Source of the DNA: an uncultured Eubacteriales bacterium
GTDB taxonomy: Bacteria; Actinomycetota; Coriobacteriia; Anaerosomatales; PHET01
Direction of reading: 5' to 3'
NCBI GenBank assembly: GCA_964607705.1
Contig: CAZSLI010000001.1
Location: forward strand, 56,193-120,192
DNA length: 64,000 nucleotides
The notes under the pieces were generated by a model. It saw nothing but the letters and a program-made list of their open reading frames with translations. It searched no databases and had not been told where the DNA came from. Each line of letters opens with the position of its first letter. The stretch's first letter is position 1. Positions 23,743-33,510 of this stretch are shown in pieces. The translations under genes and the position numbers were made by a program.

Positions 23743-24845
23743 CGCGGCGCATCTCGGTCGACATTCCTCAGGGCGCCTACGAGGTCGTCATCGGCTGCGG
23801 ACTCATGGCCGAGGCCGGCAGCTATATCGCGCCCCTCGTCCGCGGCCGCAAAGCAGCGGTCATCAGCGACTCGAACGTCGTCGACACCTTCGGTGCGCGC
23901 GTCGATGCTTCGCTTGCGCGCGTCGGATTCGATGTGACGCCGATGATGATCCCGGCGGGTGAGACTTCGAAGAACTGGGATCTCGCCGGCCACCTGCTCG
24001 AGGCGATGGCCGATTCGTCGCTCGGACGTGAGGACGTGGTGGTCGCGTTCGGCGGCGGGGTCGTGGGCGACCTCGCCGGCTTCACGGCCGGTGTCTACCT
24101 GCGCGGCGTCGCGTTCGCCCAGGTGCCTACCACCTTGCTCGCCATGGTGGACTCCTCGGTGGGCGGCAAGACGGGCGTCGACCTGCGTGCCGGCAAGAAC
24201 CTCGCCGGGGCGTTCAAGCAGCCGCTCGTGGTCGTGGCCGACATAGACGTCTTGGCGTCGCTACCTGAGGCACAGTGGCAGAGCGGACTCGCCGAGGTCG
24301 CCAAGTCGGCCGTCATAGAGGGCGCCGACTTCCTCGGCTGGCTTGAGTCGCATTCGCGCGGGGCGGTCACGCGCGATGCGTCGGTCACCGAGGAGATGGT
24401 GGCCCGCTGTGTCGCCTTCAAGGCGGCGATCGTCTCGTCGGACGAGCGTGAAGAGGGGCCGCGCGAGAGCCTCAACTACGGGCACACCCTCGGACACGCG
24501 CTCGAGAAGGTCGCCGGCTACGGCCACTACACGCATGGCCACGCGGTCGCCGAGGGCATGCGGTTCGCCGCGCGCATCGCGGTTGAAGTGGCCGGCGCGG
24601 ACGCCGAGTTCGTGCGGCGACAGGACCGCCTGCTCGATGGGCTCGGCTTGCCTGCGACGACGGACGCTTTCGATCCCAAGGCGCTGCTGGACGCTATGCA
24701 CGCGGACAAGAAGGCCCGTGGCGGCAGCGTGCGCATGGTCCTCGCCGACGCGCCGGGCCGCTGGGCATGCGTTCCCGTGTCCGACGACGTGATACACGCG
24801 CACCTGGAGGCATGGGCCTCCACCAAAGAGGGGAGTGGGGCATGA
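23739..24845 (+). CDS. aroB: 3-dehydroquinate synthase
   Basis: GGGVVGDLAGFTAGVYLRGVAFAQVPTTLLAMVDSSVGGKTGV and HTLGHALE. A coupled GTG start at 23739 is preferred over the 23457 extension. Confidence 0.9.
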   Translation: MTRRISVDIPQGAYEVVIGCGLMAEAGSYIAPLVRGRKAAVISDSNVVDTFGARVDASLARVGFDVTPMMIPAGETSKNWDLAGHLLEAMADSSLGREDVVVAFGGGVVGDLAGFTAGVYLRGVAFAQVPTTLLAMVDSSVGGKTGVDLRAGKNLAGAFKQPLVVVADIDVLASLPEAQWQSGLAEVAKSAVIEGADFLGWLESHSRGAVTRDASVTEEMVARCVAFKAAIVSSDEREEGPRESLNYGHTLGHALEKVAGYGHYTHGHAVAEGMRFAARIAVEVAGADAEFVRRQDRLLDGLGLPATTDAFDPKALLDAMHADKKARGGSVRMVLADAPGRWACVPVSDDVIHAHLEAWASTKEGSGA

Positions 24846-25285
24846 TCCGCATCCTGGTTCTCAACGGGCCCAACCTGAACCTGCTCGGCGAGCGCGAGCC
24901 GGACGTCTACGGGGCCGCGCGCCTCGGCGACATCGAGGCCGCGCTCACGTCACTCGCCGAGGAGCTCGGCGTTGAAGTGACGTTCTTCCAGAGCAACCAC
25001 GAAGGCGCGCTCATCGACGCTTTGCAGGAGGCGCGGAAGAGCTGCGACGCCGCGGTCCTCAACCCGGGGGCGTTCACGCACTACTCCTACGCGCTTCGGG
25101 ACGCCGTGTCGGCGATCCCGATCCCGGTCATCGAGTGCCATCTCTCGAACATCCACGCGCGCGAGGAGTTCAGGCGCGTCAGCGTCATCGCTCCGGCGTG
25201 TGCCGGGCAGATCAGCGGTCTCGGCGTGACGAGCTACATGCTCGCGCTTCGTGCGGCTGCGCGGCTTGCGAAGGAAGCGTCGTGA
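24842..25285 (+). CDS. aroQ: type II 3-dehydroquinate dehydratase
   Basis: MIRILVLNGPNLNLLGEREPDVYG, NPGAFTHYS and ECHLSNIHAREEFR. ATGA overlap with aroB. Confidence 0.9.
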   Translation: MIRILVLNGPNLNLLGEREPDVYGAARLGDIEAALTSLAEELGVEVTFFQSNHEGALIDALQEARKSCDAAVLNPGAFTHYSYALRDAVSAIPIPVIECHLSNIHAREEFRRVSVIAPACAGQISGLGVTSYMLALRAAARLAKEAS

Positions 25286-26370
25286 TCGCGGCGCATCGGC
25301 TCGAGACTCTGCGCCGACGCCTCGCCGGCGAGGAAATACAGGCGATCATCGTCTCGAACCCCCACAACGTCGCCTACCTGACCGGCTTCGAAGGTGTCTT
25401 CGATGGCGAGGATGCTCACGCGGCGGTCATCACGGCGGAGCACGCGCTGGTCTACACCGATGGGCGGTATGCGGAGGTCATGCGGCGCGAGGCCGCCGAG
25501 ACCGATTGGCGCGTCGTGCAACCGGTCTCGAACCTGTACCTGACGCTTGCCGCCGACCTCGAGGAGATCGGCATGGAGCAGGTCGCCATCGAGGAGTCCG
25601 TGCCGCACGGCCGGTTCCGGTTCCTCTCGCGGGAATTCGAGGGGAACGTGATCGCCGTCGACCAGTGGGTCGAAGAGATCCGCCAGGTCAAAGATGCCGA
25701 GGAGATCCGCCGCATCGCCGAGGCGCAGAAGCTGACCGACGCGGCATTCGACTACATCGTCGGCCGGGTGCGTCCGGGCGCCGTCGAGCGGGAGATCGCG
25801 CTTGAGCTCGAGGTCTTCATGCGCCGCAATGGCAGTGAGGGCGTCGCGTTCCCGCCGATCGTCGCGAGCGGACCCAACTCGTCGCTGCCGCACGCGAAGG
25901 TGACCGAGCGCGAGTTCTCGGCAGGTGACTTCGTGAAGATGGACTTCGGGGCCCGGGTGGATGGCTACTGCGCGGATATGACGCGCACGGTCGTGCTTGG
26001 GCAGGCGAGCACGCGCCAGCGGGAGGTGTACGAGGGAGTCTTGGCGGCGAACCTGGCAGGCATAGCCGCGATGGTTGCGGGCCGGCCGGGAGCGGACGTT
26101 CACGAGGCGGCCCGTTCGGCGCTCGAGGAGCGCGGACTCGCCGAGCTGTTCACCCACGGATTGGGCCACGGCGTCGGCATGGAGATCCACGAGCTGCCCT
26201 ACGTGGGACCACGCGGGACGAAGAGCGTGCTCGAGGGTAGTGTCGTTACCGTGGAACCGGGTGTCTACGAGCCGGGCATCGGCGGTGTTAGAATCGAGGA
26301 CTTGGTGGTCGTGGAATCGGACGGCGTACGCGTGCTGACCGCCACGCCCAAGGACCTGCTGGAGCTCTGA
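25282..26370 (+). CDS. Xaa-Pro aminopeptidase / M24 family metallopeptidase
   Basis: DFGARVDGYCADMTRT, HGLGHGVGMEIHE and VEPGVY...GGVRIED are pita-bread metal ligand motifs. Position is aroQ-pepP-efp. GTGA overlap with aroQ. Confidence 0.85.
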   Translation: MIAAHRLETLRRRLAGEEIQAIIVSNPHNVAYLTGFEGVFDGEDAHAAVITAEHALVYTDGRYAEVMRREAAETDWRVVQPVSNLYLTLAADLEEIGMEQVAIEESVPHGRFRFLSREFEGNVIAVDQWVEEIRQVKDAEEIRRIAEAQKLTDAAFDYIVGRVRPGAVEREIALELEVFMRRNGSEGVAFPPIVASGPNSSLPHAKVTEREFSAGDFVKMDFGARVDGYCADMTRTVVLGQASTRQREVYEGVLAANLAGIAAMVAGRPGADVHEAARSALEERGLAELFTHGLGHGVGMEIHELPYVGPRGTKSVLEGSVVTVEPGVYEPGIGGVRIEDLVVVESDGVRVLTATPKDLLEL

Positions 26371-26426
26371 AGCGAGTCGAGATGCGCCTGCCTGAGGCGG
26401 GCGAGATCATGAAGGAGACGAACGAA

Positions 26427-26990
26427 GTGCCAGTCACCACCGCGCAGTTCAAGAACGGCATGTGCATAGTCCATGAGGGCAAGCGCTGGGTCATCATCGA
26501 GTTCCAGCATGTGAAGCCCGGCAAGGGCGGCGCGTTCGTGCGCACCAAGCTCAAGGAGCTGCAGAGCGGCCGCGTCGTGGACTACACGTTCCGTGCGGGC
26601 GAGAAGTTCGACGACGTCCGCATCGAGACGAAGAACATGCAGTACCTGTACAACGACGGCGCCAATTTCCACTTCATGGACAACGACAGCTACGAGCAGG
26701 TGGAGCTCAGCGCCGATTTCGTCGGCGAGACTGCGAAGTGGCTCAAGGAGAACGACGAGGTGCAGATCCAGACCGCCGACGGCGAGTATATGGGCGTCGA
26801 GCCTCCGATGTTCGTCGAGCTCGAGGTCGTGGAGACCGATCCGGGCTTCAAGGGTGACACGGTGCAGGGTGGCACCAAGCCCGCCAAGCTCGAGACGGGT
26901 GCGATCGTGCAGGTACCGATGTTCATCAATACCGGCGAGAAGCTCAAGATCGACACCCGCGAAGGCGGGCGCTACATCACCCGCGTCTAG
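26427..26990 (+). CDS. efp: elongation factor P
   Basis: FKNGMCIVHEGKRWVIIEFQHVKPGKGGAFVRTKLK. GTG 26427 (187 aa) has AAGGAG 9 nt upstream. ATG 26409 is the alternative. Confidence 0.9.
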   Translation: MPVTTAQFKNGMCIVHEGKRWVIIEFQHVKPGKGGAFVRTKLKELQSGRVVDYTFRAGEKFDDVRIETKNMQYLYNDGANFHFMDNDSYEQVELSADFVGETAKWLKENDEVQIQTADGEYMGVEPPMFVELEVVETDPGFKGDTVQGGTKPAKLETGAIVQVPMFINTGEKLKIDTREGGRYITRV

Positions 26991-27013
26991 CACCTCGGAA
27001 GAGATGGTTCGAC

Positions 27014-27049
27014 GAGCCGCGACCACGCCTCCTCGGCGGGTCGCGGCTC
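27014..27049 (+). terminator. long stem-loop after efp, immediately followed by TATATAAT
   Basis: GAGCCGCGACC...GGTCGCGGCTC forms an 11-bp outer stem, with an inner CGCC/GGCG pairing. TATATAAT at 27051-27058 is a likely -10 for the next operon. Confidence 0.55.
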
Positions 27050-27123
27050 GTATATAATCGTCGGACTACGCAGCGCGACCGCGTGCGTGGGTTCGCACCG
27101 CGACAGCAAGGGGACATCGGGCG

Positions 27124-28971
27124 ATGCGACCTGTCCACATCACAGATACGACGCTCCGTGACGCGCACCAGTCGCTGTGGGCCACACGCATGGAGATCGG
27201 CGACATGCTGCCGGTCCTCGGCAAGATGGACTCGGTCGGCTACTGGTCGCTCGAGGTCTGGGGAGGCGCGACGTTCGACTCGTGCCTGCGCTTCCTCGAC
27301 GAGAACCCGTGGGAGCGACTGCGCGTCATAAAGAAGCACTGTCCCAAGACGCCGCTTCAGATGCTGCTGCGCGGGCAGAACCTGGTGGGCTACCGCCACT
27401 ACAGCGACGAGATCGTCGACCGGTTCGTACGCGCCTCCAAGCGCAACGGGATCGACGTCTTCCGCGTGTTCGACGCCCTGAACGACATCCGCAACGTACA
27501 GACGCCTGCCCAGGCGATCAAGAACTGCGGCGGGCACTTCGAGGGCGCGATCAGCTACACCGTATCGCCGGTGCACACGCTCGACAGCTACCTCGAGTAC
27601 GCACAGGCGCTCAAGGAGCTCGGAGCCGACACCATCTGCATCAAGGACATGGCGGGCATGCTCACGCCGTTCCGTACCGAGAAGATGGTCCTCGCGCTCA
27701 AGGAAGAGGTCGGGCTCCCGGTGCACGTGCACTGCCACTACATCGGTGGCATGGCGCCCATGAACTACCTCAAGGCCGCCGAGGCCGGTGCCGACATCGT
27801 CGACACCGCCGTGGTGGCTCTCGCGTTCGGCAACAGCCAGCCTGCCGTCGAGATGATCGTCGCGGCGCTCAAGGAGAGCCCGTACGACTCCGGCCTCGAC
27901 CTCGACCTGCTTTTCGAGATCGCGGACTACTGGGAGAACGTGCGTCGCAAGAAGGGCCTCAAGCGCGGCGTCACCTCGCTGCTTCAGATGGAGGTGTTCA
28001 GCCATCAGGTTCCCGGCGGCATGATGAGCAACCTCATCAGCCAGCTCGAGATCCAGAAGGCGCTCGACCGGCTGCCCGACGTGCTCGAGGAGATCCCGCG
28101 CGTACGTGCCGAGGTCGGTTACCCGCCGCTCGTCACGCCTATGTCGCAGATCGTCGGGACGCAGGCCGTCATGAACGTCTTGACGGGGAAGCGGTGGAAT
28201 ATCGTTCCGCAGGAGATGCGCGACTACATCCGCGGCTACTACGGCAAGGCCCCTGGTCCCATGGACCGGGAGGTCATCGCCAAGGTACTCGGCGACGAGA
28301 AGCCACTCGCGAGCGACGTGAGGCCCGGCACGCTCGTCTCGACCACCTATGCAGAGGTCGAGGCGGAGATCGGGGACCTGGCCCGCAGCGAGGAAGACGT
28401 GCTCATGTACGCGCTCTTCCCGAACGAGGCACGCACGTATTTGTCTGCTCATCGCGAAGGCGCCGAGAATGCCGTCTTCATGATGAGCGAGGAGATCCGC
28501 ACCGTCAGAGAGGGTGAAGAGGTGGACATCAACCAGCTGCGTGAGCTGATCAAGATGGTCGAGTCGTCCGATGTGGCCGAGGTGATCATCGAGGAGGGCG
28601 ACAACAAGGTCGTCGTCCGCAAGGCCGGAGCTGTCGTGGCCGCCCCCGTGGCTGCCCCCGCTGCCGCTCCCGCCGGAGCCCCCGCGCCGGTCGCCGTCGC
28701 GGATTCCGCCGCCGGTGCGCGTCCCGCGTCCTGGAAGTCCGTCACCGCGCCGATGGTCGGCACGTTCTACGAGTCACCGTCGCCCGGCTCACCGGCCTTC
28801 GTCGCTGTGGGCGATCAGGTGAGCGAGGGTCAGCCGCTGTGCATCGTCGAGGCAATGAAGCTCATGAACGAGATCGTCGCCGAGGAGGCCGGCGTCATCC
28901 GCGAGATCGCCGTCAAGAACGGTGACGCGGTCGAGTACGGCACGGTCCTGTTCTACTACGAGGCCCAGTAG
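27124..28971 (+). CDS. carboxyltransferase (5S) + biotin carboxyl carrier fusion, pyruvate carboxylase subunit B / oxaloacetate decarboxylase alpha-like
   Basis: N-terminus ITDTTLRDAHQSLWATRM, an Ala/Pro linker, and a C-terminal biotinyl domain with CIVEAMKLMNEI. Confidence 0.85.
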   Translation: MRPVHITDTTLRDAHQSLWATRMEIGDMLPVLGKMDSVGYWSLEVWGGATFDSCLRFLDENPWERLRVIKKHCPKTPLQMLLRGQNLVGYRHYSDEIVDRFVRASKRNGIDVFRVFDALNDIRNVQTPAQAIKNCGGHFEGAISYTVSPVHTLDSYLEYAQALKELGADTICIKDMAGMLTPFRTEKMVLALKEEVGLPVHVHCHYIGGMAPMNYLKAAEAGADIVDTAVVALAFGNSQPAVEMIVAALKESPYDSGLDLDLLFEIADYWENVRRKKGLKRGVTSLLQMEVFSHQVPGGMMSNLISQLEIQKALDRLPDVLEEIPRVRAEVGYPPLVTPMSQIVGTQAVMNVLTGKRWNIVPQEMRDYIRGYYGKAPGPMDREVIAKVLGDEKPLASDVRPGTLVSTTYAEVEAEIGDLARSEEDVLMYALFPNEARTYLSAHREGAENAVFMMSEEIRTVREGEEVDINQLRELIKMVESSDVAEVIIEEGDNKVVVRKAGAVVAAPVAAPAAAPAGAPAPVAVADSAAGARPASWKSVTAPMVGTFYESPSPGSPAFVAVGDQVSEGQPLCIVEAMKLMNEIVAEEAGVIREIAVKNGDAVEYGTVLFYYEAQ

Positions 28972-28974
28972 CCC

Positions 28975-30336
28975 GTGGCGACGCCCGTGTTCGACCGGAT
29001 ACTGGTAGCCAATCGAGGCGAGGTCGCGCTTCGCGTCATCCGCGCTGCGCGTGAGATGGGCATCGAGACCGTCGCCGTCTACTCCGAGGCCGACGCCGAC
29101 GCGCTGCCCGTGCGCATGGCGGACCACCGTGTCTGCATCGGTCCGGCGCAAAGCGCCCTGAGCTACCTCAACATGCCCAACATCATCTCCGCCGCGCTCA
29201 CCATGGGCGCCCAGGCGGTCCACCCCGGATACGGCTTCCTTGCCGAGAACGCTGCGTTCGCCCGCGCCTGCGCCGACTCGGGGCTCGTCTTCATCGGCCC
29301 GTCGCCCGAGGCCATCGAGCGCATGGGCGACAAGTCCGTCGCGCGCGAGACCGCTGCACTGGCCGGCGTCCCCACCGTTCCCGGCAGCGACGGAGCCGTC
29401 GATACGCCGGCAGAAGCGCTCAAGTTCGCCGAGCAGGTCGGCTTCCCCGTGCTCATCAAGGCATCAGCAGGCGGCGGCGGCAAAGGAATGCGCGTCGCGA
29501 AGCACGCCGATGAGCTCGAGGCGAACTTCGTCGCCGCCAAGACCGAGGCCGCGGCCGCGTTCGGCAACGACACCGTCTACCTCGAGAAGTACCTGGCGCG
29601 TCCTCGGCACGTCGAGATCCAGGTGCTCGCGGACACCCATGGCAACGCCGTCTACCTGTTCGAGCGCGACTGCTCGATCCAGCGCCGCCACCAGAAGCTC
29701 GTCGAGGAGGCGCCCTCGCCGGCGCTCTCGCCCGAGCTGCGCGCCGAGATGGGTGCCGCGGCGATCAAGCTCGTGCGGGCGGTCGACTACGTAAACGCGG
29801 GCACCGTCGAGTTCCTGCTCGACACCGACGGCAAGTTCTACTTCATGGAGATGAACACCCGCGTCCAGGTGGAGCACCCCGTCACCGAGCAGATCAGCGG
29901 CGTGGACATCATCAGCGAGCAGATCCGCATCGCCTCGGGTCTGCCGATGAAGCACGCGAAGCAGGAGAACATCATGCTTCGGGGTCATGCCATCGAGTTC
30001 CGCATCAATGCCGAGGACCCGGCGCACAACTTCCGTCCGCATCCCGGTCTCATCGAGGTGTTCAACCCGCCGGGTGGCTTCGGCGTTCGAGTGGACAGCC
30101 ACTGCTACTCGGGGTACCGTGTCCCGCCGACCTACGACTCGCTTCTCGCGAAGCTGATCGTATGGGGCGAGACGCGCGACGAGGCCATCGCCCGAGCACA
30201 CAGGGCCCTCGACGAATTCATCGTGACGGGTATACCGACAACTCTGCCCTTCCACCTGCGCGTCGTCGAGACGGACGCGTTCCGAAGGGGCGAAGTCTAT
30301 ACTGACTTCGTTGACACCGAGATGGGCGGGGCCTAA
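28975..30336 (+). CDS. accC: biotin carboxylase (AccC / pyruvate carboxylase subunit A type)
   Basis: ILVANRGEVALRVIRAAREMGI, KASAGGGGKGMRV, MEMNTRVQVEHPVTE. Confidence 0.9.
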   Translation: MATPVFDRILVANRGEVALRVIRAAREMGIETVAVYSEADADALPVRMADHRVCIGPAQSALSYLNMPNIISAALTMGAQAVHPGYGFLAENAAFARACADSGLVFIGPSPEAIERMGDKSVARETAALAGVPTVPGSDGAVDTPAEALKFAEQVGFPVLIKASAGGGGKGMRVAKHADELEANFVAAKTEAAAAFGNDTVYLEKYLARPRHVEIQVLADTHGNAVYLFERDCSIQRRHQKLVEEAPSPALSPELRAEMGAAAIKLVRAVDYVNAGTVEFLLDTDGKFYFMEMNTRVQVEHPVTEQISGVDIISEQIRIASGLPMKHAKQENIMLRGHAIEFRINAEDPAHNFRPHPGLIEVFNPPGGFGVRVDSHCYSGYRVPPTYDSLLAKLIVWGETRDEAIARAHRALDEFIVTGIPTTLPFHLRVVETDAFRRGEVYTDFVDTEMGGA

Positions 30337-30357
30337 CCGGCCTCGCGGGGAGCGAAC

Positions 30358-30708
30358 ATGTCCGACGAGATCAGACTTGAAGGGCTGGGCGTCGCGCCCG
30401 GTGTCCTCGATACCATTGTCAACCTTGCGACGGAGGGCGTTGCCGGTGTCTCGGCGATCGGCGCCCCCGGCCTCGCCGGCCTGGTGCAGAAGGGCAGTCG
30501 CAAGGGTTCAGCGCGCGCCATCGATGTGACCGTGAACGAGGACAACTCCGTGTGTGTCTCCGTCCACGTCCAGGTCGAGTACGGCAGCAAGCTGCGCGAG
30601 GTGGCCGGCCAGGTGCAGGACGCCGTGGCTGACGCGCTCGTGAGCCAGGTCGGCGTCGAGGTGTCCTGTGTAGACGTGTACGTCGACGGACTGGTCTTCG
30701 CAGAGTGA
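30358..30708 (+). CDS. Asp23/Gls24 family envelope stress protein
   Basis: 116 aa with [22 protein letters not shown] and ...[26 protein letters not shown]. Position is before nusB, as in Firmicutes. Confidence 0.8.
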   Translation: MSDEIRLEGLGVAPGVLDTIVNLATEGVAGVSAIGAPGLAGLVQKGSRKGSARAIDVTVNEDNSVCVSVHVQVEYGSKLREVAGQVQDAVADALVSQVGVEVSCVDVYVDGLVFAE

Positions 30709-31124
30709 TGTCGAGACCTGAACGACACAAAGCGCGCCAGCAGGCACTGCAGATGCTCTACCAGCGAGAGGTCACCGGCGAAGCGGTCGACCACATCCTC
30801 AGCAGCGGCTCGTATTCCACGGAAGACGGCGAGCCCGACGAGTTCGCACGGGCGCTCGCTCAGGGCGTGAACGACCACGTCGAAGAGATCGACGCGACCC
30901 TCTCGGACATCTCCGAGCACTGGACCGTCGGCCGCATGCCTCTGGTCGACCGCAACATCCTTCGCATCGCGACCTACGAGCTACTTTACGTCCCCGACGT
31001 GCCGCCGAGTGTCGCGATCAACGAGGCGGTCGAGCTCGCCAAGGTGTACGGCGGAGAGGATTCGTCGAAGTTCGTGAACGGCGTCCTCGGCAAGATCGCC
31101 GAACGTCGCGAGAGCGGAGAGTGA
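30705..31124 (+). CDS. nusB: transcription antitermination factor NusB
   Basis: [56 protein letters not shown]. Confidence 0.9.
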   Translation: MMSRPERHKARQQALQMLYQREVTGEAVDHILSSGSYSTEDGEPDEFARALAQGVNDHVEEIDATLSDISEHWTVGRMPLVDRNILRIATYELLYVPDVPPSVAINEAVELAKVYGGEDSSKFVNGVLGKIAERRESGE

Positions 31125-31130
31125 TCGAGA

Positions 31131-31448
31131 ATGGCTGATGACTCCTACACGTTCGCCCAGACGCGGGCGCGCCTTGACGACATCGTGACCCAGGTGCGCA
31201 AGAAGGACACCTCGCTCGAGAAGAGCCTCGATCTGCTCGAGGAAGGCGTGCGGCTCGCGAACCAGTGCACGGAGCTGATCGACCACGCCGACTGGGACGC
31301 CGCAGCAGGGACGCCGGACGGGCAGGCCATCGAGTCACCCGACTCGGTCGAGGCCGCTGCCGCCGAGGAGCCCGCCGACGGTGCGCCCGAGGCGACTCCG
31401 GAGCCGGAGATCCAGGACGAGGACGCGCCGGGAGCCTCCGGCTCGTAA
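31131..31448 (+). CDS. xseB: exodeoxyribonuclease VII small subunit with acidic C-terminal tail
   Basis: FAQTRARLDDIVTQVRKKDTSLEKSLDLLEEGVRLANQCTELI is the XseB helical hairpin. About 45 extra acidic residues follow. Confidence 0.8.
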   Translation: MADDSYTFAQTRARLDDIVTQVRKKDTSLEKSLDLLEEGVRLANQCTELIDHADWDAAAGTPDGQAIESPDSVEAAAAEEPADGAPEATPEPEIQDEDAPGASGS

Positions 31449-31560
31449 ACACGCCGGTGACGGTGCATGCCGGAAGCGCCGTCTCGGGCACTCGGGCATA
31501 CTATTCTCGACGTAGCGCCGCCTCGCATGGCGGCGACCAACCGACAGGCGGGCTTCCTCG

Positions 31561-33510
31561 GTGGACCAGGCACGTATCCTCGACACGATAGATTCGCCGT
31601 GTGACGTCAAGTCACTCGGCGATGACGAGTTGAAGGTGCTGGCCGGCGAGATCCGCGATGAGCTCGTCAACACCGTGTCAGCCACGGGTGGTCATCTCGC
31701 CCCCAACCTCGGCGTCGTCGAGCTGACGCTCGGCATCCACCGCGCGCTCGATTGTCCCGAGGACCGGGTGATCTTCGACGTCGGTCACCAGTCCTACGTG
31801 CACAAGCTGATCACCGGCCGCCGTGACCGATTCAACACGCTGCGCCAGTACGGCGGCGTCTGTGGCTTCCCCAAGCGCGCCGAGTCACCCTACGACAGCT
31901 TCGACACAGGTCACGCATCGGACTCCCTATCCGTCGCGCTCGGGCTTGCTTTGGCTCGAGACGCCAGGGGGGGCGACGAGACGGTCCTGGTCGTCATCGG
32001 CGACGGGTCGATGACCGGCGGCATGGCGTTCGAAGCGCTCAACCACATCGGGCATCTCGGCACGAGGCTCGTCATCGTCCTCAACGACAACGAGATGTCG
32101 ATCTCCGAGAATGTCGGCGCCCTGGCGAGTTACCTCGCACGTGTGCGCTTGGACCCGCGCTACCAGCGGCTCCGTGACGGCGTGGAGTCGCGCCTGGCCT
32201 CCACCAGCCTCGGCAAGGTGATGGTCGACGCGGGCGAGGCCGTCAAGGAATCGGTCAAGCAGCTGCTCGTACCGGGCATGCTGTTCGAGGAGCTCGGCCT
32301 CAAGTACGTCGGCCCCATCGACGGGCAGGACGTGAGTGCCGTCGAGCAGGCCGTTGCCGCCGCGAAGAAGACCGCCGGTCCGGTCATCGTGCACGCCGTC
32401 ACGCGCAAGGGCTTCGGATACCTGCACGCCGAGGACCAGCCCGACGCCTTCCACGGCATCGGTCCCTTCTCGATAGAGACCGGTAAGGCCAACAGCAGTG
32501 GCGGTGCGATCAGCTACACCGCGGCTTTCTCTCGCGCCCTGCTCGCCGAGGCCGCCGAGGACGAGCGCATCGTCGCCATCACAGCGGCCATGCCGTCGGG
32601 CACGGGGCTGGACGCCTTCGCCCGGGAGTACCCCAGCCGCTTCTACGACGTGGGCATCGCCGAGGAACACGCTGTGGGACTCGCTGCGGGGCTCGCGACC
32701 GGCGGACGTATCCCGGTCGTCGCGATCTACTCGACGTTCCTGCAGCGGGCATACGACCAGCTCATCATGGACATCGCTCTGCAGAAGGCGCATGTCGTCT
32801 TCTGCCTCGACCGCGCCGGGCTCGTGGGCGAGGACGGCCCTACGCATCACGGGGTCTTCGACCTCACCTACCTGCGCAGCATCCCGAACATGACCGTGCT
32901 CGCGCCCGCCGACGAGGGAGAGCTCGCCGACGCACTGCACACGGCGCTCAAGGCTGACGGGCCCGTCGCGCTGCGCTATCCGCGCGGCTCCGGAGCCGGC
33001 GTGGCCGAGCGGCCTGCGGAGCTCTGGGAGCCGTCCCGCTCGCAGACGAGGCGCCAAGGCGCCGACGTCGCGCTGCTGGCGGTCGGTCGGATGGTCGGCG
33101 TCGCCGAGCAGGCCGCCGAGTCGCTCGCCGAGGACGGAGTCGAGTGCACCGTGCTCAACATGCGCTGGGTGAAGCCGCTCGACCTGGAAGCCATCGCTGA
33201 CGCCGCCCGGTCGCATCGGCTCGTCGTCACCATCGAGGAGAACACCTGCGTGGGCGGCTTCGGGTCCGCGGTCGTCGAGACGCTCGCCGACTTGGGGTTG
33301 CGCCCCTCGGTGCTGCGCCTGTCCGTGCCTGATTGCTTCGTTACGCATGGGGCCATGCCGACGCTGCTGGCCGAGGTGGGCCTCACGCCAGACGCGGTCG
33401 CGGCCGCTATCACGATGAAGCTCTCGGACCTGACGCCTGACGCCGTTCTGACCGACCGACCTGAAACGAGTGCCGATGAGCCGACGTCGGCTCGACGCAC
33501 TGCTCGCTGA
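31561..33510 (+). CDS. dxs: 1-deoxy-D-xylulose-5-phosphate synthase
   Basis: GGHLAPNLGVVELT, DVGHQSYVHKLITGR, GDGSMTGGMAFEALN, GIAEEHAV. Confidence 0.95.
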   Translation: MDQARILDTIDSPCDVKSLGDDELKVLAGEIRDELVNTVSATGGHLAPNLGVVELTLGIHRALDCPEDRVIFDVGHQSYVHKLITGRRDRFNTLRQYGGVCGFPKRAESPYDSFDTGHASDSLSVALGLALARDARGGDETVLVVIGDGSMTGGMAFEALNHIGHLGTRLVIVLNDNEMSISENVGALASYLARVRLDPRYQRLRDGVESRLASTSLGKVMVDAGEAVKESVKQLLVPGMLFEELGLKYVGPIDGQDVSAVEQAVAAAKKTAGPVIVHAVTRKGFGYLHAEDQPDAFHGIGPFSIETGKANSSGGAISYTAAFSRALLAEAAEDERIVAITAAMPSGTGLDAFAREYPSRFYDVGIAEEHAVGLAAGLATGGRIPVVAIYSTFLQRAYDQLIMDIALQKAHVVFCLDRAGLVGEDGPTHHGVFDLTYLRSIPNMTVLAPADEGELADALHTALKADGPVALRYPRGSGAGVAERPAELWEPSRSQTRRQGADVALLAVGRMVGVAEQAAESLAEDGVECTVLNMRWVKPLDLEAIADAARSHRLVVTIEENTCVGGFGSAVVETLADLGLRPSVLRLSVPDCFVTHGAMPTLLAEVGLTPDAVAAAITMKLSDLTPDAVLTDRPETSADEPTSARRTAR

